Source: Treponemataceae bacterium
Lineage (GTDB): Bacteria; Spirochaetota; Spirochaetia; Treponematales; Rectinemataceae
Reading direction: 5' to 3'
NCBI GenBank assembly: GCA_963677895.2
Contig: CAXXGJ010000038.1
Span: forward strand, 606,826 to 670,825
DNA length: 64,000 nucleotides
The stretch's first letter is position 1, and each line of letters starts with the position of its first letter. The notes below the pieces were generated by a model. That model was not told the origin of the DNA, did not search any database, and saw only the letters and a program-made list of their open reading frames with translations. A program made the translations under genes and the position numbers. Shown piece by piece: positions 18,760 through 28,212 of the stretch.

Positions 18760-21701
18760 AAGAGGTCCCTATGAAACCCTCCCTCTATGTCCTCGATGTC
18801 TACGCCATCGTCTACCGTTCCTATTTCGCCTTTCTGTCCAGACCTTTGAGGAATTCCTCGGGCAGGAACGTGTCGGCCGTCTATGGTTTCTTCAGATTCC
18901 TTTTCTCGCTTTTTGATCAGCGAAAGCCGGATGCCTTCGCGGCCGTCTTCGATTCGAAGGGAAAAACTTTCCGGCATGGGATGTACGATGCCTACAAGGC
19001 CACCCGCCAGAAGACGCCCGAGGACCTCATAGACCAGGTTCCCATGGTCGAGGAAATTCTCGCGGCCCTGAAGGTCCCCATGCTGAGGGCCGAGGGCTAC
19101 GAAGCCGACGACGTGATAGCGACCATCGCCAAGTGGAGCCGCCGGGAAGAGCGAGACTGCTATGTCGTCTCAGGCGACAAGGATCTTCTCCAGCTTGTCG
19201 GAGGGAGCGTCAAGGCGCTTCGTCCACAGGAAGGTTTCGGTTTCAAGGAGCTGGACTCGGCGGAAGTGGAGGTCGAATGGGGCGTGGGTCCCGACAGGAT
19301 ACTCGACTATCTGTCGCTCACCGGAGACGCCTCGGACAATATCCCCGGCGTGCGCGGCATCGGGGATAAAACCGCCCTCAAGCTGCTCTCGCAGTTCAGG
19401 ACGGTCGACGGTATCTACGCTTCCCTCGACAGCGTCAAGCCCGATTCGCTGAAGGCGAAGCTGGAGCTCGGGCGGGAGGACGCCGCCCTCTCGCGCAAGC
19501 TTATAACGCTCGCCGATGAATTGCCCCTTGGGCTTGCATCCCTGGACGAACTCCATGTGGGAAAGCTCGACAAAGCGGCCGCATCGATTATCTTCTTGAG
19601 GGAAGGAATGAAGAGCCTTGCGCAGGGGGGAGGATCCGGGCAAGCAGCCGAGGCGTCGCAAGGATTGGCGTCGCAAGGATTGGCGTCGCAAGGATTGGCG
19701 TCGCAAGGATTGGCGTCGCAAGGATTGGCGGCTCCAGTGGCGGGAGCTGCGGCCGCGGCCGCGGTCCGCGCCGATCCAAAAAGGAAGGCGATGGTCGGAG
19801 GCCTTTTCGACGAGAATGACCTTGACGCCGCCTCCGCGCCGTCGGCGCAGCCGGTATCGTCCGCGCAACCAGCGCCGTCCGCGTCGCCCAACCTCTCGCC
19901 CGAGGATCTCAAGGGCGATGGAACATACCTGGCGGTCACGACCGAGGAGGAACTCGGCTCCCTCGTGGACGCGTGCATCGCCGCGGGAACTTTCGCCTTC
20001 GACACGGAAACGGACAGCGTCGACGCCATTGTGGCGAACATCGTCGGCTTTTCGCTTTCGAAGACTCCCAAGGAAGCTTTCTACGTTCCGCTCCAGTCGC
20101 CCGATTCGCCGACCGTCCCTCTCGATGCCGCACAACGTCAGCTAAAGCGGCTGTTCGCGTCGAAAGCGCTCATCGTCGGACACAACATAAAGTACGATTT
20201 CCATATAATGAAGAGAATCGGACTCACGATCGGCAACCGCATCTTTGACACCATGATAGCGGCCTGGATCATCGACGCCGAATCCAATTCCTTCTCCCTC
20301 GAGAGCCTTTCGGAGCGGCTTCTCGGACTGTCGGGGCTCAGTTTCGAAGCGGTCGTCGAGAAAGGAAAAACCTTCGATTCCGTGCCCATCGCCACGGCTA
20401 CGCGTTATGCGTCGGAGGACGCCGACTTCACGCTCCGCCTGCATCTTCTCCTGAGCGAAGAACTCAAGCGCGAAAAGCTCGAGGATATTTTCAGGTACAT
20501 GGAAATGCCGCTCATTCCCGTGCTCGCCGAGATGGAGGAGAAGGGCATCGTCGTCAACGCCGGGGAACTGCGCAAATACGGCGTCGAGCTGGAGGCTGAG
20601 CTCCGCGACATCGAAAAGAAGGTTTGGGAACTCGTCGGCCACGACTTCAACCTCGCCTCGACGAAACAGCTGCAGGAAGTGCTCTTCGTGGAGCGCAAGC
20701 TGCCGCCGCAGAAGCGGACGAAGACAGGGTATTCCACCGACACGATCGTCCTCGAGGAACTGGCGCCTCTCGACCCAGTTCCGCAGCTCATCCTGCGCCA
20801 GCGGCAGCTTGCCAAGCTCAAGAACACCTACGTGGACACGTTGGCCGAACTCGCCGAACGCACGCCTTCTGGCCGCGTCCACACGACTTATATACAGACG
20901 GGCGCGGCCACGGGGCGCCTCTCCAGCAAGGACCCAAACCTCCAGAACATTCCGATACGCGACGAGGAAGGCAGGCGGATACGGGCTTCGTTCACGGCCG
21001 CGCCCGGCCAGCGCCTCATTTCGGCCGACTATTCCCAGATAGAGCTCGTGGTGATGGCTCATCTTTCGGGCGACGCGAATCTCATCGCCGCCTTCAAGGA
21101 AGGCGTCGACATCCACAAGCGCACCGCCGCCTTCATCTTCGGGATCGACGAGGCAGCGGTGACGCCGGAACACCGCAGGGTCGCCAAGACCATAAATTTC
21201 GGCGTGATCTACGGCATGAGCGCCTTCAGGCTGGCCAGGGACCTGGGCATACCGAACGCCAAGGCCCAGGGGTTCATCGACGCTTATTTCACCACCTACT
21301 CGGGCGTCGCGGGCTTCATCCAGAAGACGATAGCCGAAACCGAGGCGTCGGGATATTCCACGACGTTGTTCGGCCGAAGACGAAAAATCGACGCGATCAA
21401 CTCGAGGAACAAGACGGAACGGCAGGCGGCGCAGCGCGTCGCGGTGAACACGCCCATCCAGGGGACGGCCGCCGACATCGTAAAAAGGGCCATGCTCCTC
21501 GTCGACGCCGAGCTGCGGGAAAAAATGCCCGAAGTCACCATGCTCCTCCAGGTGCACGACGAGCTCGTGTTCGAGGCTCCCGAGGCGAGCGTCGACGCCG
21601 CATGCGTCATCATAAAGAAGGAAATGGAGGCGGCGGCCGAACTTTCCATTCCGCTGAGAGTGAGCATGGAGTCGGCCTATTCCTGGGGCGACATGCATTA
21701 A
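18756..21701 (+). CDS. polA: DNA polymerase I
   Basis: 5'-3' exo (EADD, SGDKD, GD.SDNIPG), 3'-5' exo (FDTET, GHN.KYD, YA.ED), Pol A motifs (TGRLSS..PNLQNIP, ADYSQIELV, K.INFG..YG, QVHDE); start could be 18771. Confidence 0.97.
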   Translation: MKEVPMKPSLYVLDVYAIVYRSYFAFLSRPLRNSSGRNVSAVYGFFRFLFSLFDQRKPDAFAAVFDSKGKTFRHGMYDAYKATRQKTPEDLIDQVPMVEEILAALKVPMLRAEGYEADDVIATIAKWSRREERDCYVVSGDKDLLQLVGGSVKALRPQEGFGFKELDSAEVEVEWGVGPDRILDYLSLTGDASDNIPGVRGIGDKTALKLLSQFRTVDGIYASLDSVKPDSLKAKLELGREDAALSRKLITLADELPLGLASLDELHVGKLDKAAASIIFLREGMKSLAQGGGSGQAAEASQGLASQGLASQGLASQGLASQGLAAPVAGAAAAAAVRADPKRKAMVGGLFDENDLDAASAPSAQPVSSAQPAPSASPNLSPEDLKGDGTYLAVTTEEELGSLVDACIAAGTFAFDTETDSVDAIVANIVGFSLSKTPKEAFYVPLQSPDSPTVPLDAAQRQLKRLFASKALIVGHNIKYDFHIMKRIGLTIGNRIFDTMIAAWIIDAESNSFSLESLSERLLGLSGLSFEAVVEKGKTFDSVPIATATRYASEDADFTLRLHLLLSEELKREKLEDIFRYMEMPLIPVLAEMEEKGIVVNAGELRKYGVELEAELRDIEKKVWELVGHDFNLASTKQLQEVLFVERKLPPQKRTKTGYSTDTIVLEELAPLDPVPQLILRQRQLAKLKNTYVDTLAELAERTPSGRVHTTYIQTGAATGRLSSKDPNLQNIPIRDEEGRRIRASFTAAPGQRLISADYSQIELVVMAHLSGDANLIAAFKEGVDIHKRTAAFIFGIDEAAVTPEHRRVAKTINFGVIYGMSAFRLARDLGIPNAKAQGFIDAYFTTYSGVAGFIQKTIAETEASGYSTTLFGRRRKIDAINSRNKTERQAAQRVAVNTPIQGTAADIVKRAMLLVDAELREKMPEVTMLLQVHDELVFEAPEASVDAACVIIKKEMEAAAELSIPLRVSMESAYSWGDMH
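19652..19730 (+). repeat. 15-bp tandem repeat, 5 copies plus 4 bp, inside polA (ASQGL x5)
   Basis: GGCGTCGCAAGGATT x5 followed by GGCG. Confidence 0.97.
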
Positions 21702-22316
21702 ATGAAAAGAATAATCGGACTTACGGGCGGCTACTGCGCCGGGAAAAGCCAGGCCGCCGACATACTCGAAGCCATGGGCTTCGCCAATGTCGACGCCGAC
21801 AGGCTGGCGCACAAGGCACTCGCGCTCTGCGCGGAAAAGCTCGTCGCGACCTTCGGCCGGGGAATTCTCGCCGCCGACGGCTCGATCGACAGGAAAGCCC
21901 TGGGCGCGTTGGTCTTTTCGGACCCCGAACGCCTGCGCCTCCACGAATCCATCGTCCACCCCGTCATACTCGGGCTCATGGAGGAGGAGATCGCGGCGAA
22001 CGACTGGGTCTGCGTCAACGCCCCGCTCCTCTACAGGACCGACTACGCGCGGCGCTGCGATCTCATCATCGAGGTTCGGGCGCCGCTCTGCCAGAGAATC
22101 CGACGCGGCCGCAAGCGCGATGGCCTGGGCACGCTCGACATCCTCAGGCGGATCGCCAGCCAGCGATCCATGTGGAAACTGAGGCCCACGGGCCTGCCAA
22201 GCGGAAAGCCGCTCGTCGTCTTCGTGGACAATTCCGGCAGCCGCGAGGCGCTCGAGCGCGGCATCAAGGCGGCTCTCGCCGCCTTGCCTGCCGGCGGCAA
22301 CGGCGCTAAAGCGTAA
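21702..22316 (+). CDS. coaE: Dephospho-CoA kinase
   Basis: IGLTGG..AGKS, DAD, IDRKALG..VF, HP, PLL; follows polA. Confidence 0.92.
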   Translation: MKRIIGLTGGYCAGKSQAADILEAMGFANVDADRLAHKALALCAEKLVATFGRGILAADGSIDRKALGALVFSDPERLRLHESIVHPVILGLMEEEIAANDWVCVNAPLLYRTDYARRCDLIIEVRAPLCQRIRRGRKRDGLGTLDILRRIASQRSMWKLRPTGLPSGKPLVVFVDNSGSREALERGIKAALAALPAGGNGAKA

Positions 22317-22438
22317 AAAAAGCCTATATTCCGCCGCCGAAGCCTCCGATATTCTTGAATGGAAGAGGAAAAACCGGACATACACTTAAGCCTCGGTATG
22401 AAATCGCTGGCAAGCCGGACACCTCATGGAGTCGTTGA

Positions 22439-23173
22439 ATGGCAGAAAATTCCAAAAAATTGCTCTGGCTGGCGGCCGCCGTCAGTCTTTTCGTTCTTGT
22501 CGTGGTAGGCGCGGCCTTCCTTCTCTTCTCTCCCGGCAAATCCGTCGAGGAAGTGCCTTTCGACCTTACGGGGAAGGCGGAGCCGCGACAGGACTCTCCC
22601 CAGGATTTTCTCGCCGACGCCCCCACCGATCCTTCGACCACGAAGACCACAAGCGGCGGCGATATCATAATCGTGTACGGAAACGATCCCTCCGGCCAAT
22701 CGTCAGCGCCCGTGGAGCAGGCCAAGCCCGCCACGACTACAATCTATGTGACACCCTCGCCGACACCGTCCGCGCCCTCGGCAGCGACACCCTCAGCGAT
22801 CCCGGCCGCTCCCGTCGAAGCGCCCAAGGCTGTTCAGCCTAAACCCGTCCAGAAAGCGCCCTCGACCCCAGCCGTCAAGCCGACCGCCACGACTATCGCG
22901 AAAGCGCCGGCTAAGGCCGCGCCCGCCGCCCAGCCCTCAACGGGCGAATACTGGATTCAGGCAGGCAGCTTCTCGGTCAAGACCAACGCCGATTCGCTTA
23001 AGAGCGCCTTCATGGAAAAATCCCTCCCCGCCGTGATAACGGTAAAGGATATAGACGGAAAAAGCCGCTACAATGTAAGAGTAGGTCCCTACCCCACGCG
23101 CGCCGAAGCGGGCAAGTGGCTTTCTGCCGCGAAATCGGTGAAGGGAGCGGAACAAGCCTGGATCACCCAATAA
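22439..23173 (+). CDS. Membrane-anchored SPOR-domain (FtsN/DedD-like) protein
   Basis: N-terminal TM helix, Pro/Ala/Thr linker, YWIQAGSF...NA, VRVGPY. Confidence 0.85.
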   Translation: MAENSKKLLWLAAAVSLFVLVVVGAAFLLFSPGKSVEEVPFDLTGKAEPRQDSPQDFLADAPTDPSTTKTTSGGDIIIVYGNDPSGQSSAPVEQAKPATTTIYVTPSPTPSAPSAATPSAIPAAPVEAPKAVQPKPVQKAPSTPAVKPTATTIAKAPAKAAPAAQPSTGEYWIQAGSFSVKTNADSLKSAFMEKSLPAVITVKDIDGKSRYNVRVGPYPTRAEAGKWLSAAKSVKGAEQAWITQ

Positions 23174-23179
23174 AATAAA

Positions 23180-23208
23180 TTGACAGCCCTCTGACCAGAG
23201 GATAGTAT
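23180..23208 (+). promoter_or_regulatory. sigma70-type promoter of the nucleoside ABC operon
   Basis: TTGACA (23180-23185)-17-TAGTAT (23203-23208). Confidence 0.75.
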
Positions 23209-23280
23209 GACCCTAGCGCATGCTTCGCGCCGCGGGCTTCGTGCTCCCGTCGCATATCCGTCAGGTTGGAGGAGTTGTCG

Positions 23281-24354
23281 ATGAAAAAGCTGATCCTTGG
23301 ACTCATGGTTTTGGCCATGACATTTTCCCTGGTAGCCCCCATGGCCGCCCAGGCGAAAAAACCGCTTAAGATCGCCTTCGTGTATATTGGCCCTCCCGGA
23401 GATATGGGCTGGACCTATGAGCAGGATCGCGGTCGCCTGGCCGTCGAGAAGAAATTCGGCAACCAGATCGAGACCAAATACATCGAGAACGTCCCCGAAG
23501 GCCCCGATGCCGAGCGCGTCATCCGCCAGTACGCGATGGCCGGTTTCGACATGATCTTCACGACTAGCTTCGGCTACATGGATCCGACGTTCGCCGTGGC
23601 CAAGGAATTCCCCAACGTCAAGTTCGAGCACTGCTCGGGCTACAAGACCGCTCCCAACATGGCCACCTATTTCGGCCGCATCGAGGAAGCGCGCTACCTG
23701 ACCGGCATCATCGCCGGCCGCATGACCAAATCCAACGTCATCGGCTATGTCGCCGCCTTCCCCATTCCCGAGGTCGTGCGCGGCATCAACGGATTCACCC
23801 TCGGCGTCCGCTCGGTCAATCCCAAGGCCCAGGTCAAGGTCGTCTGGACCAATACCTGGTATGACCCCGTCAAGGAACGCGAGGCGGCCGTCGCCCTCCT
23901 CGATTCCGGCGCCGACATCATCGCCCAGCACCAGGACACCACGGAGCCGCAAAAAGCGGCCCAGGAACGCGGCAAGTACTCCATCGGCTACGATTCCGAC
24001 ATGGGCAAATTCGTGGGCGATTCCGTTCTCGCCAGCGCCGTCTGGGAGTGGAGCACCTACCTGACCGACACCATCCAGAACGCCCTTAACGGCACCTGGA
24101 AAAGCCACGAATACTGGGGCGGACTCAAGGACAAGGTCGTCAAAATTTCCGACATCAGTCCCAAGGTCCCCGCCAGCGTGAAAAAAGAAGTCGAGAACGC
24201 GCAGAAAAAGATTCTCGGCGGTTGGTCCATCTTCTCAGGCCCCCTCAAGGGTCAGGACGGGAAAGTGGTCTATCCGGCCGGACAGGTCGTGCCCGACGGC
24301 AAACAGGCTTCGATGGATTGGTTCGTCGAAGGCGTGGTCGGAAAGGTCCAGTAA
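23281..24354 (+). CDS. BMP-family purine/nucleoside ABC substrate-binding protein
   Basis: Signal peptide; YIGPPGD.GW, TSFGY, FPIPEV.RGIN, W...WYDP, QH.D; RBS GGAGGAG. Confidence 0.9.
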   Translation: MKKLILGLMVLAMTFSLVAPMAAQAKKPLKIAFVYIGPPGDMGWTYEQDRGRLAVEKKFGNQIETKYIENVPEGPDAERVIRQYAMAGFDMIFTTSFGYMDPTFAVAKEFPNVKFEHCSGYKTAPNMATYFGRIEEARYLTGIIAGRMTKSNVIGYVAAFPIPEVVRGINGFTLGVRSVNPKAQVKVVWTNTWYDPVKEREAAVALLDSGADIIAQHQDTTEPQKAAQERGKYSIGYDSDMGKFVGDSVLASAVWEWSTYLTDTIQNALNGTWKSHEYWGGLKDKVVKISDISPKVPASVKKEVENAQKKILGGWSIFSGPLKGQDGKVVYPAGQVVPDGKQASMDWFVEGVVGKVQ

Positions 24355-24366
24355 TCGTCGATCTGA

Positions 24367-24405
24367 AAAGAGCTGCCTGGGTCCTGGACCCGGGCGGCTT
24401 TTTTT
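24367..24405 (+). terminator. Terminator/attenuating hairpin after the SBP gene
   Basis: AGCTGCCTGGGTC..GACCCGGGCGGCT plus T run. Confidence 0.7.
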
Positions 24406-24466
24406 GTAATTTCAAGCATCTAAAATAAAAATCCCTTCAAGAATCCGGAAATCAAGGCAAGTTCAG

Positions 24467-26026
24467 ATGGAAAAAAACAGCAGGCAGGCCCTCGTCGAGA
24501 TGAGAGCGGTCTCCAAGTCCTTCCCGGGTGTCCAGGCGAACGATTGCGTCGATCTGGAGCTCTTTCCGGGAGAAGTCCTGGCCCTCCTGGGCGAAAACGG
24601 GGCGGGTAAAAGCACGCTCATGAATATTCTCTGCGGGCTGTACAGGCCGGATTCGGGGGAAATCCTCGTCAAGGGCAAGCCCGTCTCGATAGGCGGTCCT
24701 AAAGATTCTCAGGATTTGGGCATCGGAATGGTCCACCAGAACTTCAAGCTCGTCGATTCGATGACGGTGCTGGAGAACATCATTCTGGGGATGCGCGACC
24801 AGCCTCTCGTCCCGGACATGAAGCGAGTGAGGAAGGACGTCGAGGCGCTCTCTGAAAAATACAACCTGCGCGTCGATCCCGAAGCCTCGATCTGGCAGCT
24901 TTCGGTGGGCGAGCAGCAGCGCGTGGAAATCCTCAAGCTCCTCTACCGCAAGGCTGAAATCCTCATCCTCGACGAACCCACGGCCATCCTGACGCCGCAG
25001 GAGTCGGCCGAGCTGAGCAAGGTGATCCACCTCATGCGCGCCGAGGGGAAATCGGCCGTCTTCATCACCCACAAGATGGAGGAGGTGATGACCTTCTCCG
25101 ACAGGGTCATGGTCCTGCGGCGCGGAAAGGTGGTGGCGGGCGTGACCACGGCCGGGACGAGCCCCGCCGAACTGGCCAGGCTCATGGTCGGAAGGGAAAT
25201 CCTCTTTGAGCTTGAAAAGAAGCCTTTTTCTCCCGGAGATGTCATCCTGCGTCTCGAAAAAGTCTCGGCGAAGGATGACAGGGACCTGCCTGCCTTGAGG
25301 GAAGTGAACCTGGAAATCCGCTCGGGCGAGATCGTCGGCATAGCGGGCGTCGCGGGCAACGGACAGAGGGAGCTCGCCGAAGTCATCACCGGACTGCGGC
25401 GCCTCACCGCGGGCAAGGTAAGCGTCGGGAACAAGGATGTCACCAACGCCGCGCCCATCTCGGTGATCAGGGCCGGCGTCGCCCATATTCCCCAGGACCG
25501 CTCCTCGGTAGGGGCAGTGGGCGACATGAGCGTGGCCTCGAACCTGGCCATGAAGAGCTACAGGAAGCCTCCCCTCTCGACGGGCATTTTCCTTCTGCCC
25601 GGGCGCATAGCCTCGATGGCCAGGAAACTGATCGAATCCTTCAAGATCATGACGCCGAGCCCCGAGACGCAGGTTAAATTCCTCTCCGGAGGAAACATCC
25701 AGAAGACCATCCTCGCGAGGGAGATCGGCGCGTGCAGGAATCTCCTCGTCGCCGTCTATCCTTCCCGCGGCCTCGACATCGGGGCCACGGAATCGGTGCG
25801 AAGGCAGCTCGTGGCGCAGCGCGACCAGGGCCTGGGCGTGCTCTTCGTCTCGGAGGACATCGACGAGCTGCTTCAGGTGGCTGACACCATCGCGGTCATG
25901 TTCGAGGGAAGAATCATGGATTTGCTGCCGGCGGCCGAGGCTGAGGCGGAGACGCTGGGCCTCCTCATGGCGGGCGTCGACCCGGACTCGAAGGGAAAAG
26001 CGGCGGAACGCGAGGGGAGCCTGTGA
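24467..26026 (+). CDS. Nucleoside/sugar ABC ATP-binding protein (two NBDs)
   Basis: GENGAGKSTL, LSVGEQQRVEI, DEPT, LSGGNIQK. Confidence 0.92.
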   Translation: MEKNSRQALVEMRAVSKSFPGVQANDCVDLELFPGEVLALLGENGAGKSTLMNILCGLYRPDSGEILVKGKPVSIGGPKDSQDLGIGMVHQNFKLVDSMTVLENIILGMRDQPLVPDMKRVRKDVEALSEKYNLRVDPEASIWQLSVGEQQRVEILKLLYRKAEILILDEPTAILTPQESAELSKVIHLMRAEGKSAVFITHKMEEVMTFSDRVMVLRRGKVVAGVTTAGTSPAELARLMVGREILFELEKKPFSPGDVILRLEKVSAKDDRDLPALREVNLEIRSGEIVGIAGVAGNGQRELAEVITGLRRLTAGKVSVGNKDVTNAAPISVIRAGVAHIPQDRSSVGAVGDMSVASNLAMKSYRKPPLSTGIFLLPGRIASMARKLIESFKIMTPSPETQVKFLSGGNIQKTILAREIGACRNLLVAVYPSRGLDIGATESVRRQLVAQRDQGLGVLFVSEDIDELLQVADTIAVMFEGRIMDLLPAAEAEAETLGLLMAGVDPDSKGKAAEREGSL

Positions 26027-27126
26027 TGAAAATAGTCTTCGAAAAGCGGAAATCCATATCCAAGACGGCTCTTTTCGTGGTGCCGGCGGCATCCTTCATG
26101 GTTTCGCTGATCCTGACGGGCCTCGTCCTTTTCATCTTCCGCACGAATCCATTCACGACCTTCGTCGCCATGTTCCAGGGAGCCTTCGGTTCGGCCAACG
26201 GCTTTTCGGAAACCCTCGTGAAGGCCATTCCCCTTATGCTGACCGGCCTGGGCGTCGCCCTCGCCTTCAAGCTCAAGTTCTGGAATATCGGCGCCGAAGG
26301 CCAGCTGATGCTCGGCGGCATCGCGGCGGCCTGGGTAGCCCTGTTCCAAAGCGCGGGCCTCCCTCCCTCCCTGGTCCTCCCTGCCTGCCTCATCGTCGGC
26401 TGCGTGGGAGGAGCGCTCTGGGCGAGCATTCCCGCCTTCCTCAAGACAAGACTCAATGTGGACGAGACCCTCGTCACCCTGATGCTCAACTATGTGGCGA
26501 TTCTCTTCGCCGAATACCTCTACTACGGTCCCTGGCGCGATCCCAAGGGTTACGGATTCCCCGGTTCGGCGCCCTTCCCCGAAGCGGCATGGCTGCCGAG
26601 GCTGTTCGGGCGGGCCCACATCGGCATCTACTTCGCCCTCGTCCTCGCCGTCATCCTCTGGATCGTGATCAAGCGGACGCGCTGGGGCTTCGAGCTGACG
26701 ATCATAGGGGCAAGCCCCAAAGCCGCGCGGTATCAGGGCATAGCGGTGAAGCGCAACATCTTCCTCGCCGTCATCCTTTCGGGAGCCTTCTGCGGACTGG
26801 CCGGCGCCTGCGAGGTGACGGGCATCTCGCACCGGCTCCAGCAGGGGCTCAACCTGGGCTACGGCTTCACGGCCATCATCATCGCCTGGATGTCCCAGCT
26901 GAACCCCATCGCCATTCCCTTCGTCGCCCTGCTTATGGGAGGCATCCTCGTCGGCGGCGACCAGGTCCAGCTCATGATGGGACTGCCTTCCGCCATGGGT
27001 ATGGTGATGCAGGGCCTCATCCTTTTCCCCATGCTGGCCGGCTCCCTTTTCACCGAGTACAGGATCAGGAGAATTGGGCGCGGCAAGCGGGGCCAGCAGG
27101 ACGCCTGCGTCGAAGGAGAAGCGTGA
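26023..27126 (+). CDS. Nucleoside ABC permease
   Basis: NIGAEGQ, TLMLNY, GYGF..I. Confidence 0.9.
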   Translation: MMKIVFEKRKSISKTALFVVPAASFMVSLILTGLVLFIFRTNPFTTFVAMFQGAFGSANGFSETLVKAIPLMLTGLGVALAFKLKFWNIGAEGQLMLGGIAAAWVALFQSAGLPPSLVLPACLIVGCVGGALWASIPAFLKTRLNVDETLVTLMLNYVAILFAEYLYYGPWRDPKGYGFPGSAPFPEAAWLPRLFGRAHIGIYFALVLAVILWIVIKRTRWGFELTIIGASPKAARYQGIAVKRNIFLAVILSGAFCGLAGACEVTGISHRLQQGLNLGYGFTAIIIAWMSQLNPIAIPFVALLMGGILVGGDQVQLMMGLPSAMGMVMQGLILFPMLAGSLFTEYRIRRIGRGKRGQQDACVEGEA

Positions 27127-28076
27127 TGGACCTTATCACTTCGATTCTCGCGATCACGGTGAGGGCGGGCACGAGCCTCATCTTCGCCACCATCGGCGAG
27201 ATTCTGACCGAGCGGGCGGGAATCCTCAACCTGGGCATCGAGGGCATCATGCTCATGGGCGCGGTGACGAGTTTCGCGGCTTCCTTCTACAGCCAGAATC
27301 TCGTGGTCGCCCTCCTCGTGGCCGCGGCCGTAGGCGCGGCCATGGCGACGGTCCATGCTTTCCTCACGGTGACCATGCGCGCGAACCAGGTAGTCTCCGG
27401 CCTCTCGATCACGCTTTTCGGCACGGGTTTCTCGAGTTTCCTTGGCCAGCGTCTGGGACCGACTTCCAATAGTCTGCGCCTCATGGGACTGAAGGCCGCG
27501 AAATTCACGCCCCTGAAACTCGAGGCCGTCGCCGAGGTTCCCATACTCGGAGCCCTCTTCAGCCAGGACATCCTGACCTATGCCGTCTACCTTCTCATAC
27601 CGATATCCTGGTTCTACCTCTACAAGACGCGACCCGGCCTGTGGCTCCGTTCCATCGGGGAGGACCCACAGACGGCCGACGCCATGGGCATCGACGTCAT
27701 CAAGTCCAAGTATCTCTACACGATCCTGGGGGGCGCCCTGATGGGTCTGGGTGGCGCCCACCTCTCACTCTCCTACACGCCGGGCTGGTCCGAGAACATC
27801 ACAGGCGGCCGCGGATGGATCGTGGTGGCCCTCGTGATCTTCTCGATGTGGAATCCGGCGCGCTCGATCTGGGGCGCCCTGCTTTTCGGCGGAATCAACG
27901 CCGTCCAGTTCAGGCTCCAGGCTTCCGGCACTAATATCCCCGCCGCCTTCCTCAACATGCTTCCCTATCTAGGGACGATCGCTGTGCTCGTGCTCATGAC
28001 CTGGTGGGAGGCGCTGTCGAAGAAGATCGGGGCGCCCGCCGCCTTGAGCAAGGCCTATATGAGGGAAGACAAGTAG
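27126..28076 (+). CDS. Nucleoside ABC permease
   Basis: ERAG.LNLG.EG.M, ANQ.VSG, GRGW, LPY; TGATG overlap with the upstream gene. Confidence 0.9.
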   Translation: MDLITSILAITVRAGTSLIFATIGEILTERAGILNLGIEGIMLMGAVTSFAASFYSQNLVVALLVAAAVGAAMATVHAFLTVTMRANQVVSGLSITLFGTGFSSFLGQRLGPTSNSLRLMGLKAAKFTPLKLEAVAEVPILGALFSQDILTYAVYLLIPISWFYLYKTRPGLWLRSIGEDPQTADAMGIDVIKSKYLYTILGGALMGLGGAHLSLSYTPGWSENITGGRGWIVVALVIFSMWNPARSIWGALLFGGINAVQFRLQASGTNIPAAFLNMLPYLGTIAVLVLMTWWEALSKKIGAPAALSKAYMREDK

Positions 28077-28093
28077 CGGAATTCCGACGTCGC

Positions 28094-28127
28094 GAAAACT
28101 GGGCGTTCCCGCGGGGACGCCTTTTTC
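28094..28127 (+). terminator. Rho-independent terminator
   Basis: GGCGTTCC-loop-GGGACGCC plus T5. Confidence 0.65.
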
Positions 28128-28152
28128 ATGTCCCGCGCTCCATAGAAAAACA

Positions 28153-28181
28153 TTGCGCGCCGCAGGCTTTCCGGCTATCAT
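28153..28181 (+). promoter_or_regulatory. sigma70-type promoter upstream of ade
   Basis: TTGCGC-17-TATCAT. Confidence 0.5.
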
Positions 28182-28212
28182 TGAGAGCTAAGCATTCTGA
28201 CGAGGAGCGGGC

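Noticed and set aside
19652..19730. Possible CRISPR-like repeat
   Set aside because: Contiguous 15-mers with no spacers, in frame within polA, and no cas genes
20142..22385. 747-aa antisense and 561-aa alternate-frame ORFs
   Set aside because: Overlap polA/coaE; low-complexity translations without recognisable domains
22317..22438. Possible sigma28 promoter or small RNA before the SPOR gene
   Set aside because: Only a partial CCGATA match with no proper -35; no convincing structure
23209..23280. Possible purine riboswitch in the BMP gene leader
   Set aside because: Small hairpins are possible, but I do not see the purine aptamer consensus; an Infernal search would settle it
26589..27125. 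N-terminal extension of the permease (495-aa ORF)
   Set aside because: Overlaps the preceding permease; real start is the TGATG junction at 27126
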